64,000 nucleotides of DNA from Takakia lepidozioides (taxonomy: Eukaryota; Plantae; Bryophyta). The translations under genes and the position numbers were made by a program. Where the stretch lies: the NCBI GenBank assembly GCA_030704615.1, contig CM060731.1, positions 29,512,001 through 29,576,000 on the forward strand, read 5' to 3'. The notes beneath the pieces are model-generated. The model was not told the DNA's origin, did not search any database, and saw only the letters and a list, made by a program, of their open reading frames with translations. Positions 61,471 through 64,000 of this stretch are shown here, one piece after another (the stretch's first letter is position 1; every line of letters starts with the position of its first letter).

Positions 61471-64000
61471 CCGGCGTAACTAAGAGCCACTTCGCCTTGC
61501 GGCTACTGCCCCCTTTCGGGGGTGGGCCCTATAAAAAAAAGTGTCCACGGGGACACCAGGTGACCGCTAAGAATAGAGGGGGCGAGGGTACCCCTGGGTA
61601 CCCAGGGGTATCTTGGGGGGCCTAAGGTGCGTTTGAAGTGCCGGATTCCAGTTGGCGTTTGTTGGTGATAATAGCTGTGAGTGAACGGAGTGTCGTGAGA
61701 TGGATTTCTTTGAAACATTGGTGGATGGGAAGAATGGGAATTTGGAAGTTATCGTGTATGTCCGTGATACTAGCGTTATGAATGCCACCTCGAGTGCCGG
61801 CTGTGATGACAGTTAACGGGCCGGTTTTCCAGCCACGCCTTCGGAGTGCAAGGATAAGCGGGGCATATTTTTGACGTTTTTCTAAGATTGAATCGTTTGG
61901 ATAAGGATCATGGCAAAATGTGAATTCAATGAAATGGATGGTGAGTGGTGGGGATGGTGAGGTGGGGGGTAAAGTGTTGATAGGTAGACCTTGGACGAGG
62001 AGTATGTCCGGGCATAGTCGAGCGGGGCATGAGCATAGTGATCGGGTACATATGCATGGTAGTAGCCACGGTGGTACTGTGTGGTCGGGTGGCCGTCCCT
62101 GGTAGGTGCCTGCATTCATGAGTGAGAACCAACGGGTTTTAGCACGTTTTAGAAAGAGCTTGTGGAGGTGCCAGACTGCTTGGTTATGACGCGTGATATG
62201 CAAGCCATGTATAACTGGGTGTGTACATTGGTTGAGGAGATGTGGCCAAGTGTCACGAGCTTGGTGGGTGGTTGCACATAACGGGCAGTATGGAGATGGG
62301 AACAAATGTGGCCAGAAGATGTGTTTGCGCTGGTGGCCCATGTATTGGGCATATCGGAATTTGAGCGTTTGTCGGATTTGTGCGTCGGTGGTGGCTTTGG
62401 TTAGCCAGAAATGATTGGAGAGTTTATGGTGGAATATTTTGGATTGAGTCCATTTTTGGATGTGTACTTTGATATGGCTGATGGAGGCTGCCGCTTGTTT
62501 ATTTGCTTCTCTGGTCAGAGTGGTCAGGAGGTTTCGGATTGGTCTGGGTGCAGGGGGGTCCGGAACGGGGTGTATGAACCAGAAGGGATAGGTGTGGGCA
62601 ATGTGAATAGGGTCGTTCAAGGGTTCAACTATGGGTTGGGAGGCGCCGAGTTGGGCGAGTAGGTTTGCTTTTTCATTACCATGGATGCCAGTATGCAAAC
62701 GGACTTTGAGTATATGGACTGGGTGGCCTAGGGAGATGGCCCTCTGGACAATAGCGGCAATGAGGTTGCGGTCGGGGTGATGATGATGGGCAGAGGGGTG
62801 GGAGATGTGGTTACGAATGAGGAATAGAGAGGTAAGGCTATCGGTGAAGATGTAGTGTGGGGGGGTATCAAGTAGAGAGAGGGCGTCATAAATGGCCATG
62901 AGTTCAGCCCGGAGGATAGTGGCAGGGCCAGGGAGCCTGAGGGCAACGCCTTGACTGGTGCCGGCGTGATAGATTCCATACCCTGCGTTGGGTTTAGTGA
63001 GGGATCCGTCGATGTAATGTGAATTGGCCAGTGGGTATTTGGGGATGGTGTTTTGGTGATATATTGCAGGGATTGGGGGTAGAGGTGTTGTTGGCGCGAC
63101 CTGGGAAGGACGTGGTGTCGCAATGTTCCAAGCTTTGTTGGTTTTGATCCGGGACAATGTGGTGGGTGTATGGGTGTGGGAGAGGATGGTTGGATAATGG
63201 ATGGTGGCCTTTATTTTATGAGTGATGGTGAGCAATTGTTCGAGCTGAGAAAAGAAAGATGGCGGTATGGCTGTATGACGGGGGTTTTGGATGTGTAGAA
63301 TCAGGGTTAGGGTGGGTTCCTTGGACCGTTTGAGATATTTGGGAAGAGCAGGGGTGTGAATATACTTAAGCTGGTTTGGGTCAATTGTGACGAGTAGATT
63401 GACCCCTTCTGGGAGTTGTAGAAGAGGGTGAGAGATATTAGGAGTGTTTTGTTGTGTGAGGATGAGGATTGTGGATGCAGTAGGAGAGGAGTGCGCAACA
63501 AGTTTTGCCCATTGAAGAGCTTCGTGGGAAGGAGAACCAGGTGGAGGGTGGGCTAGGCCCTGGCCTTCCCAGGTGTGCTGGGTGGCAGTACCAGTGGCTC
63601 CAAAGATACAGTCTCTGTGGTGCGGGCTAGAGAATGTGGGCAATGCCATAGGGCATGTCAGTGGGTTGGAGTAATATGAGTGAGTAAGCTGGTATGAATT
63701 GATAAGTAGGGAGAGAATATCTTGGGATATAGTATGGTGCGCACACGTTGTTTCCAATTTAGTGAGGGACCGCGGTTTCTTGGGGGGAGTGTCTTTGAGG
63801 TAGCGATCAACCAGCCAATATAATTCAGTAGCAAAGTCTTGTTTCGGGGGTTGTAGCGATTGTGGGGATGAGGTAGTAGTAGAGTATTTCTCCCAGAGCC
63901 ACGTTAGTCTTGTATTGGGATGAGGCCAATGAAGCGGCCATGTTGAGCGTAAATGTTGGAAAGGCGGGGGCCCATGTGGATTAGAGGTTGATCATGCTTG
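61471..64000 (-). mobile_element. 3' half of a Dualen/RandI-like non-LTR retrotransposon (PCIF1-like domain, RNase H, CCHC zinc finger, restriction-like endonuclease)
   Basis: ORF 61622..63757. RNase H: YIDGS..RAELMAI..IFTDSLTS..KV..HTGIHGNEKAN. Zinc finger: CPLC..DTWPHLLNQC..RHN. RLE: PDILL..IEFTFC..KRQKY..L..GTRGGI. The reading frame continues, frameshifted, to the window edge. Confidence 0.8.

Noticed and set aside
61484-61529. Hammerhead or HDV ribozyme
   Set aside because: The conserved catalytic cores are absent. It is kept only as an unclassified structured element.

Overview
This is eukaryotic nuclear DNA from a land plant, most likely a seed-free lineage such as a bryophyte, lycophyte or fern. 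That assignment is inferred from a ciliary ARL3 gene, PLS-type PPR motifs and a Tcn1/Tf1-like chromovirus. The centre (23-44 kb) is a gene island: ABC1K1, a soluble epoxide hydrolase, a two-B3 REM-like gene, a broken F-box gene, ARL3 and ERG28. Both flanks are transposon graveyards. The left flank holds two chromodomain Ty3/gypsy elements, a LINE fragment, a CACTA non-autonomous element, a glutathione-reductase pseudogene with proline-iminopeptidase exons nested in one intron, and a ~121-bp hairpin satellite. The right flank holds Helitron-like ends, a tRNA-SINE, a non-chromo Ty3/gypsy element with a duplicated RNase H, a gag/PPR chimeric ORF, and the 3' half of a Dualen/RandI-like non-LTR retrotransposon. 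The most notable points are: (1) the Dualen-like element, with a PCIF1-like domain, RNase H, zinc finger, restriction-like endonuclease and a structured 3' end; (2) all three LTR elements are split by inversions, two of which can be rejoined at microhomologies; (3) the tandem degenerate RNase H; (4) the in-frame amplified PPR repeat fused to gag-like sequence. All homology calls were made by eye from motifs; no database search was run.
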